Assembly: GCF_000150275.1 (NCBI RefSeq) | Contig: NW_002061147.1 | Coordinates: 1 to 9,271 of the forward strand | Length of the DNA stretch: 9,271 bases | Source: Trichoplax adhaerens | Lineage: Eukaryota > Animalia > Placozoa | Direction of reading: 5' to 3' | Shown here: in pieces, positions 8,748 to 9,271 of the stretch | How positions within the stretch are numbered: position 1 is the first letter of the stretch | Layout: each line of letters opens with the position of its first letter | The notes under the pieces: generated by a model | What the model saw: only the letters and a program-made list of their open reading frames with translations | What the model was told of the DNA's origin: nothing | The model's database searches: none | Made by a program: the position numbers and the translations under genes

Positions 8748-8959
8748 CTACAATATTACCAAGTAAAGAATATATATCAATAAGTAACAGTATGAATGAT
8801 AACTAATCATCCAATAGATGATTCTGTGGATAGGTAATGTATTGCAGCTTATGCTACACAATTTTAAATGTAATAATCTATTTTGACTATGATAGATAGT
8901 AATTTTGGATAGAAAATAGATATTCCCTAATTACACATTATTACTTAAATAGTATTTAC

Positions 8960-9039
8960 AAATTTTTTAATCCAAAAAATATCTTAGGTTTCGGCGATAT
9001 TCGATAAACAGAACGTTGATAACGCTCTAGTTCGTTAAT
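8960..9039 (-). CDS. Internal exon resembling the RasGEF (CDC25) C-terminal region: INELERYQRSVYRISPKPKIFFGLKN
   Basis: Acceptor atttag| at 9040/9039 and donor TT|gtaaat at 8960/8959 (phase 2, compatible with the 8747 acceptor). The peptide matches the I.EI..(Y/F)Q...Y.(I/L).P...I...L..L pattern of SOS/RasGRF-type domains and lies in the correct order upstream of the SL.LE motif. Confidence 0.55.
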
Positions 9040-9086
9040 CTAAATATTTTATAAAAAAATAATAGATAAATGCGTATTGTTAATAC

Positions 9087-9119
9087 CATAGTCTGAGATG
9101 ATAAATGGCCGAGACGTTT
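9087..9119 (-). CDS. Possible 33-nt upstream exon of the RasGEF-like gene (KRLGHLSSQTM)
   Basis: tttctaattttag| acceptor and ATG|gtatta donor, phase 0-0, in frame with the next exon; however it implies an intron of only 47 nt. Confidence 0.3.
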
Positions 9120-9271
9120 CTAAAATTAGAAACATAATACTAGGTGCATAGTAAAGCACCATAACAGTAATAGAATTAAGAATGATATCTAAAAAGGCTA
9201 ATGTTCGGTTAGTAGATAGTTTCCAGTTATATATCAAAATATACCCATTTTTGATTAGGCTAACCTTATTA

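Overview
AT-rich, intron-containing eukaryotic (most likely animal) draft-assembly DNA with two N gaps (4871-4920, 7552-8392); most ORFs in the supplied track are not real genes. Left: the first coding exon (1160-980, minus) of a HECW1/HECW2-like HECT E3 ligase (HECW N-terminal domain), preceded by a GC-richer promoter-like block that is unusually rich in inverted repeats. Right: short minus-strand exons resembling the C-terminus of a RasGEF (CDC25) domain, possibly decayed. Between them lie a young ~133-bp satellite with a 266-bp higher-order dimer, a decayed and apparently homologous array ~2 kb away, a third old array, a ~240-nt segment that folds extensively on the minus strand only (candidate unclassified structured RNA), and two outward-facing Helitron-type 3' ends flanking the large gap. 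All homology calls are from motif recognition and hand alignment, not database searches.
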